Source: a virus (Duplodnaviria; Caudoviricetes). Taken from it: a DNA stretch of 55,705 bases. The number at the start of each line of letters is the position of its first letter. The first letter of the stretch is position 1. The DNA lies in IMG/VR virus record IMGVR_UViG_3300042862_000096, positions 1 to 55,705 of that record; one strand, 5' to 3'. Both the position numbers and the translations under genes were made by a program. Below, in pieces: positions 8,976 to 18,599 of this stretch. The notes under the pieces are model-generated. The model was not told the DNA's origin. It did no database searches and saw nothing but the letters and a program-made list of their open reading frames with translations.

Positions 8976-10420
8976 TACAACCTCCTTCTATAACTAACGC
9001 TACCTGCGAGTGCTGCAGTAGTAGCAGACTGAACTGCTATACCACTTACAATAACTGCGGCAACGATTGTCTGTTCTGACTCAGAGCGTTCTTCGTCAGA
9101 CATATCTGCTCCGATACTGCTTATAGCCAATAGAGCCTGAGCAGGGTCAGAAAAAATAGTACTAAGTAATTCTACTGGACTCTCTAATATAACTAACGCT
9201 GCGGCAACTTCAGCAATTACGATTACTTCATTTCCATTTGAGTCTTGGCGTACTTCAACAGGCGTGGAAGGTGGAAGATCGGCTAAAGTAATTCCTGCTT
9301 CAGCAATAGCCTCAACTGTTACTGCTTCACCTTCAGCAGATTCAATTAAGGCTTCAGCGACTAATTCCCTCTCAGATTCAGTGAAAGTTCCATCTTCGCT
9401 TAATTGCTCTGAAAGGTTATTAACTTCAGTTTGGGTGATTTCTCCGTCTTGAGATAAGGCTTCTAGTATCTCTATAGAGTCTTGAGCCGTAACTACTCCG
9501 CCCATTTCTAGGTTCTCTACTAAAGTTTCTAGTTCTGCAACTGTTATCGGTTCTAGGTTTTCTTCTATTTGGGTGATAGGCTCTTCATTAACGATAGGAG
9601 TATCAAGTGGTTCTTCTGACTGACTTTCTGGCTCTATTTCTGGTATCAGTTGTTCTGGGTTTTCTGGTATGGAAGGTTCAACAACAGGAACAAGTACCTC
9701 AAGTTCTGAAACCAATTCTTCGGGCAACTGTTCTACTGGTGGTTGTATCGTGGTTATTGGCTCTGGGCTTGTATCTATCACAATAATCTGAGGAGGAATA
9801 TATGGAATTACTATCTCTGGTGTTATCACTGGTTGCTCTACTGGAACAACAGGTGGCACTACTACTGGCTCTACTGGTTCGGTAGGTTCAGGTGTCACTG
9901 GGTTTTGGTTTTCTGATGGGTCTTCTGGCTGGGGCTGTGGCTCTTGCGGTGTTGGCTCTACTTCTGGAAGATTGATTAAATTACTACTTAAAGTATAGGT
10001 TCCAATAGGTCTTTGATTGGCAACTATAAAGTCGTAAGAAGTTGCTCGTATAGTGTAAATGTCGGGAGTTAGAGTTCCGCTTAATCTAGAAGCATAATAA
10101 TTGGTTTGGGTATTGTGGTTGCTATCGTCATCTTGTGCAATTACTGTTCCACCCTCAACTGCCACACCACGATATAAACTAATCCATGAATCTACCCATG
10201 CTTCCCTTTCAACTGTTACTGAATTAACTACTTCAGTGCGTGGTCCAGTAGTCGTTTCAATTACATATTCAGTAGGAGTTACTACCTCAACTACTGTATC
10301 TACGAAGGCTATCTCGGGAGTTAAGGTAATAGTAATTTCATCAGCGAATGCTACAACTGGGGTCAGGGTCAGCCAGCCCACTATAAAGGCAACTGAATAG
10401 TATTTGTTGAATCTTAGCAA
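8975..10420 (-). CDS. Secreted/membrane-anchored acidic Pro/Glu-rich protein with PPC-like N-terminal domain
   Basis: Signal peptide (..VAFA|DE); DSWISLY..AQDDD..SRL..TLTP..YTIRATSY; PE-rich stalk; C-terminal hydrophobic segment followed by RRR. Confidence 0.65.
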   Translation of the reverse strand: MLRFNKYYSVAFIVGWLTLTPVVAFADEITITLTPEIAFVDTVVEVVTPTEYVIETTTGPRTEVVNSVTVEREAWVDSWISLYRGVAVEGGTVIAQDDDSNHNTQTNYYASRLSGTLTPDIYTIRATSYDFIVANQRPIGTYTLSSNLINLPEVEPTPQEPQPQPEDPSENQNPVTPEPTEPVEPVVVPPVVPVEQPVITPEIVIPYIPPQIIVIDTSPEPITTIQPPVEQLPEELVSELEVLVPVVEPSIPENPEQLIPEIEPESQSEEPLDTPIVNEEPITQIEENLEPITVAELETLVENLEMGGVVTAQDSIEILEALSQDGEITQTEVNNLSEQLSEDGTFTESERELVAEALIESAEGEAVTVEAIAEAGITLADLPPSTPVEVRQDSNGNEVIVIAEVAAALVILESPVELLSTIFSDPAQALLAISSIGADMSDEERSESEQTIVAAVIVSGIAVQSATTAALAGSVSYRRRL

Positions 10421-10507
10421 GTAAGCACCCCTTGTTAATTAAGGATTTCTTACCTATTATCGCATTATCTGGTTACTAATTACTGCTGTAAAAATTGACT
10501 ACCTTGA

Positions 10508-11020
10508 TTAAATATCTAGTGAACTCTCAATACCAAGTTCTCTAATGGTTTCTGGGATTTCGGTATAAGCATTTTGAATAACCTGATCTACATTCATTCT
10601 ATAAATTTCTAAACCAGAAATTTTATCTAGAGCACTCTCATATTTATTGACCCCAGATTGTATCTTTGCTATTTTTTCCTGTCCTTTAAGTTTTTTAGCA
10701 CTCATAAAATCTTTTGTTGCTCCCTCTACATTTACTCTAGCAGAATTAAGTGCTTTTATTTGTACCGCATTATCGGCACGCTCTCTTAAACCTTCTAATT
10801 CATCTACGAGGCTAATGCTTGCGTCACGCATTTGATTAGATACTTCATTACCAGTTTTATCTATAAACTCATTAGACATCATTGTATTAGGTTTAGAATT
10901 TCCGCCACCTGCACCACTTCCGCCTTTACCACCACCTCTTCTTCCATGTGATAACTGGTTATGGCTTCCGTGTTTAAGAACTTCCTGTCCTAAGCCGTGA
11001 TCATTTAAGAATATGCCCAT
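10508..11020 (-). CDS. Hypothetical protein with KH..HNQ..H motif (possible internal head protein)
   Basis: VLKHGSHNQLSHGRRGGG, motif shared with the MuF fusion. Confidence 0.65.
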   Translation of the reverse strand: MGIFLNDHGLGQEVLKHGSHNQLSHGRRGGGKGGSGAGGGNSKPNTMMSNEFIDKTGNEVSNQMRDASISLVDELEGLRERADNAVQIKALNSARVNVEGATKDFMSAKKLKGQEKIAKIQSGVNKYESALDKISGLEIYRMNVDQVIQNAYTEIPETIRELGIESSLDI

Positions 11021-11023
11021 TAT

Positions 11024-11146
11024 TTACTCCGCTTTTTCTTTAGGAATCTGTATAACAATACTGGACTCAGATACAGCAACAGAGCAAGAGCACTCGCTCG
11101 AACAACAGGACGACTGCGGTAGGAATCTAAAATCTTTCTCATTCAT
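11024..11146 (-). CDS. Small Cys-rich hypothetical protein
   Basis: MNEKDFRFLPQSSCCSSECSC; fills the gap between neighbouring genes. Confidence 0.4.
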   Translation of the reverse strand: MNEKDFRFLPQSSCCSSECSCSVAVSESSIVIQIPKEKAE

Positions 11147-12758
11147 CGCTTTTCTTACCTTTGCTTGATAATGGGTGTGCTTCAGGTAGTAAGTCTGTAT
11201 CATACGCGCCTCTTTTGAATCTTCCATTACGCAACGCATGTAAAAATCCATTTACTCTAGCAAAAGCCCATTGTTCTTTACTTTGAACATTTGGACGAAC
11301 GGAAGATGGGTTGGTTTTATATGCCCCTATGCCTCTTCTGTAAACTTGAAGTAATGTTCCAGTAGTAGTTCTTTTGCCTTTAGCATCGCCTACTTCTTCA
11401 TTATGTTCTTTGGCTTTTTCTTCCAATGTGCTTTCAGTTGATTTCTCAATTTCTTTAAGTTTTTTAGGTGGTTTCATAATAGTATCTACATGAACCGCAT
11501 TGACACCGGGATCGCTTTTTTCTGCATCATCAGGTATATCAGTTCCTAATCTTTTTGCTTTACCACCAATAGAATATCCGCTTAGTTTGCCTGACTTAAC
11601 TAATTCCCATGCCCAGTCTTTCCACAATACTCCCATGAAAACTGTGTTGGCAGGATAAGTAAACTCTGTCTTCTTACCATCGGCTTTAGTTGTTGGAATC
11701 TTTAGTTCATAAGGGAAGGTCATCATCTCAACCCATTCACCTGCTACTACATCTCGGTTATGTTGTAAATGAATATTTCTATCGCCTGACTTTACGTAAT
11801 CCCATACAGCATTCTGCAATTCTTCTTCATCTGTCCACTCACTGTGGGCATCTAATTTATTAGGAATATACAGAGGTCCTAGAGTAAATTTCTTATCATC
11901 GGCTTTCATAAATGGTGCTAGATAATCAAAAGACTTATCAACTCTTTCTACTATTGATCTAGCCCAACTCTCAGCAGCATCGCCACCCCATGCGTCCCAA
12001 GCAACTCTTCCTCCAGATGGATAACCCTTTTCGCCTCGGTTAAAACCTTCTGCTTTCTTATCTGGTGTGTGTCTGGCTAAGAAAGAGCGCATACGCTTTA
12101 TTGTTCTTAAACTTACTGGTCTTCTTCCTGCTAATTGTGCTGCTCTTGCTCGACCTACATCAGTAAATCCCCCACCAGCCTTACCTTCACGAATCCAATT
12201 AAGTGCTCTCTTAGCATTTGTGGCAACTGAAGCAGGTGGAGTAAATGTATCTGACTCTGCAACCTTATCTACATTTTCTTTACTTGGATTAACAAGTATT
12301 TCTAATCCGTCTCCCCATAAACCAAAAGCAATTTTGAAATAATCTATATCGCCATCTTCCCATTTAACGATAATATCTTCAACTAATTCTTCTTCTCCGC
12401 TAAACAATTCCTCTAGTTCAGCACCATCTAAAGTAATCTCAGGATCAATAATTACTTCTTTCTCAAAGAACTCTTCACTGCTTAAGTCGTAGCCTCTTTT
12501 AGATAGTTCGGTAGTTATGTAATGATGAGAAGCCAGCATAGTAGCGTTCATTTCACTCTTGCTTAATTTCCCATGAAACGCTAATAGTGATTCAGTTGTT
12601 GCTTTCTGGATTACATCTGGGACATTGGCGTATAAAGCCCGAACATGTTTCGCTGCGTCTACCTTTGTGACATGGCAAGCGACTAACTCACCTGTGTCTG
12701 ATTTGACTACGGCAAATCCCGGACAACCTTTTACATTACTGGCTACTTTATACGGCAT
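11139..12758 (-). CDS. Multidomain prohead protease (XkdF-like) protein
   Basis: KFTLGPLYIP...DAH.E....EEL..A; HLQH; VKSGKLSGYSIGG; additional flanking domains. Confidence 0.75.
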   Translation of the reverse strand: MPYKVASNVKGCPGFAVVKSDTGELVACHVTKVDAAKHVRALYANVPDVIQKATTESLLAFHGKLSKSEMNATMLASHHYITTELSKRGYDLSSEEFFEKEVIIDPEITLDGAELEELFSGEEELVEDIIVKWEDGDIDYFKIAFGLWGDGLEILVNPSKENVDKVAESDTFTPPASVATNAKRALNWIREGKAGGGFTDVGRARAAQLAGRRPVSLRTIKRMRSFLARHTPDKKAEGFNRGEKGYPSGGRVAWDAWGGDAAESWARSIVERVDKSFDYLAPFMKADDKKFTLGPLYIPNKLDAHSEWTDEEELQNAVWDYVKSGDRNIHLQHNRDVVAGEWVEMMTFPYELKIPTTKADGKKTEFTYPANTVFMGVLWKDWAWELVKSGKLSGYSIGGKAKRLGTDIPDDAEKSDPGVNAVHVDTIMKPPKKLKEIEKSTESTLEEKAKEHNEEVGDAKGKRTTTGTLLQVYRRGIGAYKTNPSSVRPNVQSKEQWAFARVNGFLHALRNGRFKRGAYDTDLLPEAHPLSSKGKKSDE

Positions 12759-12767
12759 GGCTCTATT

Positions 12768-12902
12768 CTATCTGCTCTTGTCTTCGGCTTCGGTCTCGAC
12801 TTGATTTGATTCTTGTATTTCTTCTATTGTTTTAGCGACCTGTATTTTACCCTGCCCACGGATAATCTTGCCATCTTCGGGTTGTGCTATGAATCGTGAC
12901 AT
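12768..12902 (-). CDS. 44-aa protein, candidate immunity protein for the MuF toxin (not in ORF track)
   Basis: MSRFIAQPEDGKIIRGQGKIQ...; TGATG-coupled to the ART-encoding gene. Confidence 0.5.
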   Translation of the reverse strand: MSRFIAQPEDGKIIRGQGKIQVAKTIEEIQESNQVETEAEDKSR

Positions 12903-14833
12903 CATTTATCCATTCTCTGAAAAACTGCTACTGGTTTACCTTCTGTATCCGTAGTCGTGCTTATTCCTAAGAATAGTAGTGGAGTTTCACGAGGAAGTAA
13001 GACTTCTTTTTCTTTACCCCAAAACTCATCTCGCCCACTTCTCCCCCTGCTTGTTAAGAGTAAATCAACAGCAAGCCCTTTACCTGTTTTGCTTGGACTT
13101 GGAAGAATTACAGTTACAGTATCATCAGTAGGTGATAAGTTGCCTAATTGTTTTCTAGCAGACTTATTTGTTACAACATTTTTCCTTGTTGTACTTAAGA
13201 ATCCTTTGTCTATAAAAGTATCTCCGGGTTTCAAATCTGTGATAAGCCTATCGGAAGCAACTCTATAAAGAGTTTTATCACCGAAAGCATCTGGACTTTC
13301 TTCAATAGTTCTATCCAAAACACTTATCTTATTTTGCATGAAGTCATCGCTTTTTTGGCTACCTCTTGCCACAGCATTAATGCCCTGATAGCCAGCAGTT
13401 GCATAATCTTCAACTTGGAATTCTGAATTATCATTTTCCTCATTTTTTACAGAATATTTATTATCGTAAGCGACTGTTATTTTTTTCGTATCTTCTAAAC
13501 TTACATCATCTTTATCCCAAGAGCCATTCTGAAAAGAAGCCAAAGCACTGGCTGAAGCCTCGTATGACCCACTACCACTCCTTCTGCCTCCTGCGTGATT
13601 TTGCTGATTGTGTTGTCCAGGAGCATGCTTAGCAAATAACCAAGAGTTATCTGACTTCCTAAGTTTAGTTCCTAATCTAGCAAGTTTTCCATTACATGAA
13701 CGGCATAAGACTCTTAGGTTCTTCCTGTCATATTTAGCACCACCATCTTTTAATCTTTTCTTATGATCTACTGTTAGGTCTGATTTACTTCCACAACGCT
13801 GGCACTTGCCTATTCTATCTTTCATTTCATTGGCTATTTTGCGCCACTTGTAATCATAGTTTCGCCAAGTTTTTTCTCCGTCAGCAAATCTATAATATCT
13901 TTTCTCAACACTATTATCAAAGGTTGGCTCTGCTGGAACAATAACTGCGGTACATCTACAATTTGGGTGATTGGGTGGCATGACATCGCCAGTAGAAAAA
14001 ACACCTTCCCAATCTACTGTTACATTATTCAATGGTGCGCAAACTGGACATGTTCTTTCATCTGCTGCTGTTTTCCACCTCTTCTGGCTTCCTGCTGGAA
14101 GTAATCCTAATTGATCTGCTTCCGCCCAAGAAAGCATGCGACCAGCATTAGCAGCAGCAATAGTTTCTGTTCTGGCAATACGAGTAGCCCTCTGGATAAG
14201 TAATCTTTCACGATATTCTTTGCTAAGTTTAGTTACTATTTTTACTGCCTTCTCGTATGTTTCACCTTGCTCAATTAACTTAAGTAAGTTCTTTTCATAA
14301 AAGTTACCCAGTGCTTTTGCTTGTCTGGAATCTAAGCCAACTATTTGAGTAATATTATTTATTACTTCTTCTCTATTTATTTGTGTACTTAAACTTCTAG
14401 CAATAGTTTCAGCAACGGCTTTCTGAGTTTCTTGAGTAATTCCTAATATTCTTGCTCCTGCTCTCTGCTGTGCCCATGCTATTGCTCTTGGGTCTTGGGC
14501 AGTAAAAGAACTATCAAATCTAATATTCTTAGGCAAAGCAGCAGCACTTATATTTGCGGAAGCAGCAAGTTGTTGCGCTAACTTAGGAACTGTGCCATCT
14601 AGCGAAGAAACAAAGTCTCCCCACTCAAAAGCAACTGCACCAGCATTTGGACTTCTCGATTCTATTGCTCGCCTAACTGCTCTAATAACTTTTTCGTTAT
14701 CTAAATCTTTAGGCATAGAGGATAAAGCCTTAGAGTAAATATCAAAGATTTCTTGTTCGAACTTATTTAATTTTGCGGTTGGGCTACGAAGAACTGGGTC
14801 GTTTCTTTTTCTAGCCTTTATGACTAAAGGCAT
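12902..14833 (-). CDS. MuF (SPP1 gp7-like) minor head protein fused to HNH and ADP-ribosyltransferase domains
   Basis: RIARTE, KRW.T..DERTCPVC, PP.HPNCRC (MuF); CQRCG..LTVDH...NLRVLCRSCN (HNH); Y..IN..AR, LYR, GFLSTT, EKEVLLPR (VIP2/Alt-like ART, R-S-E). Confidence 0.85.
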   Translation of the reverse strand: MPLVIKARKRNDPVLRSPTAKLNKFEQEIFDIYSKALSSMPKDLDNEKVIRAVRRAIESRSPNAGAVAFEWGDFVSSLDGTVPKLAQQLAASANISAAALPKNIRFDSSFTAQDPRAIAWAQQRAGARILGITQETQKAVAETIARSLSTQINREEVINNITQIVGLDSRQAKALGNFYEKNLLKLIEQGETYEKAVKIVTKLSKEYRERLLIQRATRIARTETIAAANAGRMLSWAEADQLGLLPAGSQKRWKTAADERTCPVCAPLNNVTVDWEGVFSTGDVMPPNHPNCRCTAVIVPAEPTFDNSVEKRYYRFADGEKTWRNYDYKWRKIANEMKDRIGKCQRCGSKSDLTVDHKKRLKDGGAKYDRKNLRVLCRSCNGKLARLGTKLRKSDNSWLFAKHAPGQHNQQNHAGGRRSGSGSYEASASALASFQNGSWDKDDVSLEDTKKITVAYDNKYSVKNEENDNSEFQVEDYATAGYQGINAVARGSQKSDDFMQNKISVLDRTIEESPDAFGDKTLYRVASDRLITDLKPGDTFIDKGFLSTTRKNVVTNKSARKQLGNLSPTDDTVTVILPSPSKTGKGLAVDLLLTSRGRSGRDEFWGKEKEVLLPRETPLLFLGISTTTDTEGKPVAVFQRMDK

Positions 14834-14834
14834 T

Positions 14835-16226
14835 TTATTCTGTTTCGTCCTCGGTTGGCTCTTCCGTTTCTAGTGCCTCTTCTTCAGTTCCTCTATCTGC
14901 TTCAGGTTCTTCAATTTCTTCTTCGCCAAAGTTTAGGTCGTTATCTTTACGATTAGCAACCGGCAAACCTGCTAGTCCTCTTAAGTATTCTTCCATATCC
15001 TCATCAGGTGTTATTACTCCAGCAGTTGTAAGTTTGGCTACGAAATCAGATATTTCAGCAAGGTCTACGTGGCTTACGCTTGAATAAGTTAATTCAGGAA
15101 CAGTTCCAATTTTCATACCATTCATCTTAAGTAAGCGAGGTATGGCGTGATAGTTAATTACCTCTGCAATAGATTTACATATTGCTTCAACAGCCATTGT
15201 CCATAAATCTATTTTGCTATTACCTAATGAGAAAGAACCTACTCGGTCATGTCCAAGAAGAATAAAGTCTGATAATACAGACATAGCAATTCTTTGATCA
15301 TATCTAGAGATAACTTTATCTGTATCAAATTGTCTTGAGCCACCAGAGTTTAATAACTCTAGCGAGAACATCTTGTTTCCTCTATCATCAAATACTAATG
15401 GGAAAACAATACCTTCTTGTTCGTTTCGTTTTACATTTTGAACAATGCTAACAATGCTATCTCTTACTGCTTGTTGGTCTACGGAAGCAGTAGATGATAA
15501 GTATTCAGGAGGCATATACGCAATTGGTAATCCTGCTAAATCTCTTTCAATACCTATCGCTTCCATTTCCTCAATGCGTCTTTTGAAATACCATGGGCGA
15601 TAAGCAGTTCTTAATAATGATTTACCTTCTGGGTTATTCTTGGCACTACTAGTTCTAAATAGCAAACCTTTATCAATAGGAATTCTATGAAGACCAGCAC
15701 CGTATGGATCTACTTGTTCAAATCCTTGGATACCACCATCTTCGTCAAACATCCAGTTGTTATGAGTTTCTTGTGCACGGATTGGCCATTTACGCCAACC
15801 AATCTTTCCGTCACTAAATGCGGAACGACGAGCAGGGTCTTCGTTTCCAGCACCATCTCTAATCTTATAAACTATTTCATGGAAGGCGTAGCCATAAACA
15901 AGCATAGATAAAATCTGAGAAAGAGTGCTGTCCCAACTATCACTCATGTCATACAAGCACTGCTCAATAAACTCTGCTGTTTCTCTATCTTCTTCTTTCT
16001 CGCTTGCTGGTTTAACAGTCCACTCAAGTCTTAAGATAATTTTTTCTATTGCGTAAAGAATAGAGCCAATAACAGGATCGTTCTCAGACATCTCACGATA
16101 AACTTTTGCGCCACGACGACCACGAAGAGATACTAAAAACTCTTCGTAAACAGTTCCGCCAGTTCTGCGTAAACCTGTGCTACCTATTTCGGTTAAGTCT
16201 GGTCTTCTTGGCATCTTATTTTTCAC
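14835..16226 (-). CDS. Portal protein (DUF935/Mu gp29-like)
   Basis: NPEG.SLLR.AY.PWYFK; IERDLAGLP; II/VISRYD.RIA.SVL..F..LG; position upstream of MuF. Confidence 0.85.
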   Translation of the reverse strand: MKNKMPRRPDLTEIGSTGLRRTGGTVYEEFLVSLRGRRGAKVYREMSENDPVIGSILYAIEKIILRLEWTVKPASEKEEDRETAEFIEQCLYDMSDSWDSTLSQILSMLVYGYAFHEIVYKIRDGAGNEDPARRSAFSDGKIGWRKWPIRAQETHNNWMFDEDGGIQGFEQVDPYGAGLHRIPIDKGLLFRTSSAKNNPEGKSLLRTAYRPWYFKRRIEEMEAIGIERDLAGLPIAYMPPEYLSSTASVDQQAVRDSIVSIVQNVKRNEQEGIVFPLVFDDRGNKMFSLELLNSGGSRQFDTDKVISRYDQRIAMSVLSDFILLGHDRVGSFSLGNSKIDLWTMAVEAICKSIAEVINYHAIPRLLKMNGMKIGTVPELTYSSVSHVDLAEISDFVAKLTTAGVITPDEDMEEYLRGLAGLPVANRKDNDLNFGEEEIEEPEADRGTEEEALETEEPTEDETE

Positions 16227-16426
16227 CTATCCGTATCATCAGTAATATCATCAAAGTCATCTTCCCTTATTATCATCTTACTCGTTAAATATAGTGCTTG
16301 GTTCTCAGTGAACCCAGCCCTCATCAAAGAATTAAACATTTCATGTAATGCAGTAGCCAGTTGTGCTAATGGACTGAAAGACCCATCACCGAAGTTCATA
16401 TTAAACTCAGACATCAACCACCTCAC
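16223..16426 (-). CDS. Small hypothetical protein
   Basis: LHEMF.SL..AGFTE.QAL motif typical of actinophage small proteins. Confidence 0.6.
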   Translation of the reverse strand: MRWLMSEFNMNFGDGSFSPLAQLATALHEMFNSLMRAGFTENQALYLTSKMIIREDDFDDITDDTDR

Positions 16427-16742
16427 TTACTGATTCATTATACCTGCCTACCGCTACTTTACCCCTCAGCGAAGGCGCAAACAAAGTATCAAGATATAGT
16501 GGCTCAGGTTTTATTTTAAGTTTCTTGCGTATATGACTTCTTTCTCTTTCTGTCTTTCCGCCCCATATACCAACAACATCATTCTTTAATGCGTAATCTA
16601 AGCAAGGTTTCAACCATGGGCAAGTTAGACAAAGTGTTTTGGCTAATCTTCCTGTTTGTCTATCTGCTGTTGGAAACCAAAGGTCTGGTTCTGTCTGGGC
16701 GCAAATTTGAGAGCCATCAAAGTCTGGATATTCGTTCGCCAA
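16407..16742 (-). CDS. whiB: WhiB-family transcription factor
   Basis: C...DLWFP...AK.LC..CP....CL.YAL....GIWGG.TE.ER. Confidence 0.93.
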   Translation of the reverse strand: MANEYPDFDGSQICAQTEPDLWFPTADRQTGRLAKTLCLTCPWLKPCLDYALKNDVVGIWGGKTERERSHIRKKLKIKPEPLYLDTLFAPSLRGKVAVGRYNESVSEVVDV

Positions 16743-16745
16743 GAT

Positions 16746-16934
16746 TTATACCAATTCTGGTTGCTTAGTCTTCATCGCTTCTAATTCACGACTATAAGAT
16801 TCAAGAGCAATAGCAAGAGTCGCTGAGGCAACTAGGTCTGATATCTGCTTCAGTTCTTCATTTGAGTAAATAAGCATTCTGTCTCGAGTGCGAAGCAGTG
16901 TTCGCTCGAGTTCTTTAATGATTACTCTCTCCAT
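16746..16934 (-). CDS. Hypothetical protein
   Basis: ORF with TACACT -10-like hexamer 7 nt upstream of the ATG. Confidence 0.55.
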   Translation of the reverse strand: MERVIIKELERTLLRTRDRMLIYSNEELKQISDLVASATLAIALESYSRELEAMKTKQPELV

Positions 16935-16993
16935 ATCTAATAGTGTAGGGCATAAATTACTGATACGCTGACTACCTTAGAGAAGGAGAACAA

Positions 16994-17362
16994 ATGTTCG
17001 AATACTTGGCAAGAGTTGATAGAGTTGTAGATGGCGATACAATAGATATAGCGATTGACTTGGGGTTTTCTTTACATTACAAGACTAGGGTTCGGTTGTC
17101 TGGTATAGATACAGCAGAGAAGAATACAGAATTAGGCAAGCAAGTCAAGGAATATGTGAAGAGTGCTCTGGAAGGCAAGTCATTCCGTATCCAAACAACT
17201 AAGCCTGATAAGTATGGACGCATACTAGGAGAATTATTTCTCCCCGACAACACTAGTTTCAACAAGTCTTTGATTGAAAAAGGACTGGCTAAGTCATACG
17301 ATGGAGGTACTAAGACCGTATGGAAAGAGAGCGAACTAAATGTTGGAAAAACTGGCGGTTAA
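16994..17362 (+). CDS. Thermonuclease (SNase-like)
   Basis: RVVDGDT, RVRL.GIDT.E, DKYGRIL; AAGGAG RBS. Confidence 0.9.
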   Translation: MFEYLARVDRVVDGDTIDIAIDLGFSLHYKTRVRLSGIDTAEKNTELGKQVKEYVKSALEGKSFRIQTTKPDKYGRILGELFLPDNTSFNKSLIEKGLAKSYDGGTKTVWKESELNVGKTGG

Positions 17363-18031
17363 ATGAAAATTCAATTTATACCAGGAAGTGAGCAAGTACA
17401 AGAAATTACAGAGGCTCCAGTACCAAGTAAGTATTGTATTCCTGATTGGTATAAAACCATAGCACCTAATCGCGCTGAGCCTAATATAAAAGCCTGTTCA
17501 CCTTTTTTAGACTCTTTAACGCATGGGTATATTCAAAGAACTTGGACTGATATTAGTGTTGACGAAACAGCAGACGGCTTTCAAATCTCAGCACCTCATT
17601 TAATTAAGATGGTAGATTTTCGCGAGCCGAATCACCTTCCAGAGATAGATGGCTATTTACATTATCAGTTCTTATGGAACTCAATATGGTCTCCAATTTT
17701 CCCGTCAGGTTTTTCAGGACTCGTTACTCACCCGCTAAATCGAATTGACTTACCTTTTTACACTTTCTCAGGAATAATTGATTATGATGAGTTTAGGCAT
17801 GTACCATTTGGCAACTTGCCTTTTTATATTAAAAAAGGTTTTACAGGGGTAATACCGAAAGGAACGCCTATGTATCAACTAATACCTTTGGCTAGAGAAG
17901 ATTGGGAGGCTTCCCTAGGAAAACATGACGCTGATTTTTGGAGCGAGAAAGTGGCAGAACGCGCTCAAATCCCTAATTGGTATAAGAAAAAGATTTGGAA
18001 GAAAAAGGAATTTCAGGTAGACGCGAAATGA
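17363..18031 (+). CDS. Conserved phage hypothetical protein, paralog of 1175-1876
   Basis: IPDWYK, IKACSPFLDSLTHGY, GVIPKGTPMYQLIP. Confidence 0.75.
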   Translation: MKIQFIPGSEQVQEITEAPVPSKYCIPDWYKTIAPNRAEPNIKACSPFLDSLTHGYIQRTWTDISVDETADGFQISAPHLIKMVDFREPNHLPEIDGYLHYQFLWNSIWSPIFPSGFSGLVTHPLNRIDLPFYTFSGIIDYDEFRHVPFGNLPFYIKKGFTGVIPKGTPMYQLIPLAREDWEASLGKHDADFWSEKVAERAQIPNWYKKKIWKKKEFQVDAK

Positions 18032-18408
18032 TATTTCATAAACACTTATTAGTTAATGCTAAAGTCAATAGCCCCATGAAGTCTGACGATGAGGCGATAG
18101 AGTTCTTAACTGACTTAGTCAAAGCAATAGACATGAAGATTATTAAAGGTCCTTTTGCCTCTTACGTAGATGTAGAGGGCAATCGAGGACTAACTGCCAT
18201 AGTTATGATTGAAACTAGCCATATTGCCTTTCATATTTGGGACGAACCTTCTCCTGCTTTATTGCAATTTGATCTTTACACCTGTGGGCAGTTAGATCAG
18301 AAAGCAGTCTTAGATACTATTAAGTCAAAGTTTGCTATTACTGCATTTGATTACATACTATTAAATAGAGAAAATGGTTTCATCACTGAAGAACATGGGT
18401 TTGAATAA
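18028..18408 (+). CDS. speD: S-adenosylmethionine decarboxylase proenzyme
   Basis: HKHLL, GLTA...IETSHIAFHIWDE, QFDLYTCG; start at 18028 by ATGA overlap. Confidence 0.85.
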   Translation: MIFHKHLLVNAKVNSPMKSDDEAIEFLTDLVKAIDMKIIKGPFASYVDVEGNRGLTAIVMIETSHIAFHIWDEPSPALLQFDLYTCGQLDQKAVLDTIKSKFAITAFDYILLNRENGFITEEHGFE

Positions 18409-18599
18409 TGATTTCTTGGGTTGCTTTAATTTTAAGTTTCTTTGCTTTTGCTTTTGCCACTGCTGCTTTTATGTTTTCTGTATATACCTATTTCAATGGT
18501 TCTAGAGTAAAAGAACTAGACCCTGATGAACTGTTTGATTTACTCTTAGAACAGAACGACACCAATGTAATATTCAAAGAAAGACCTTTTGATGACTAA
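18408..18599 (+). CDS. Small membrane protein
   Basis: N-terminal TM segment; TAATG coupling. Confidence 0.6.
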   Translation: MISWVALILSFFAFAFATAAFMFSVYTYFNGSRVKELDPDELFDLLLEQNDTNVIFKERPFDD

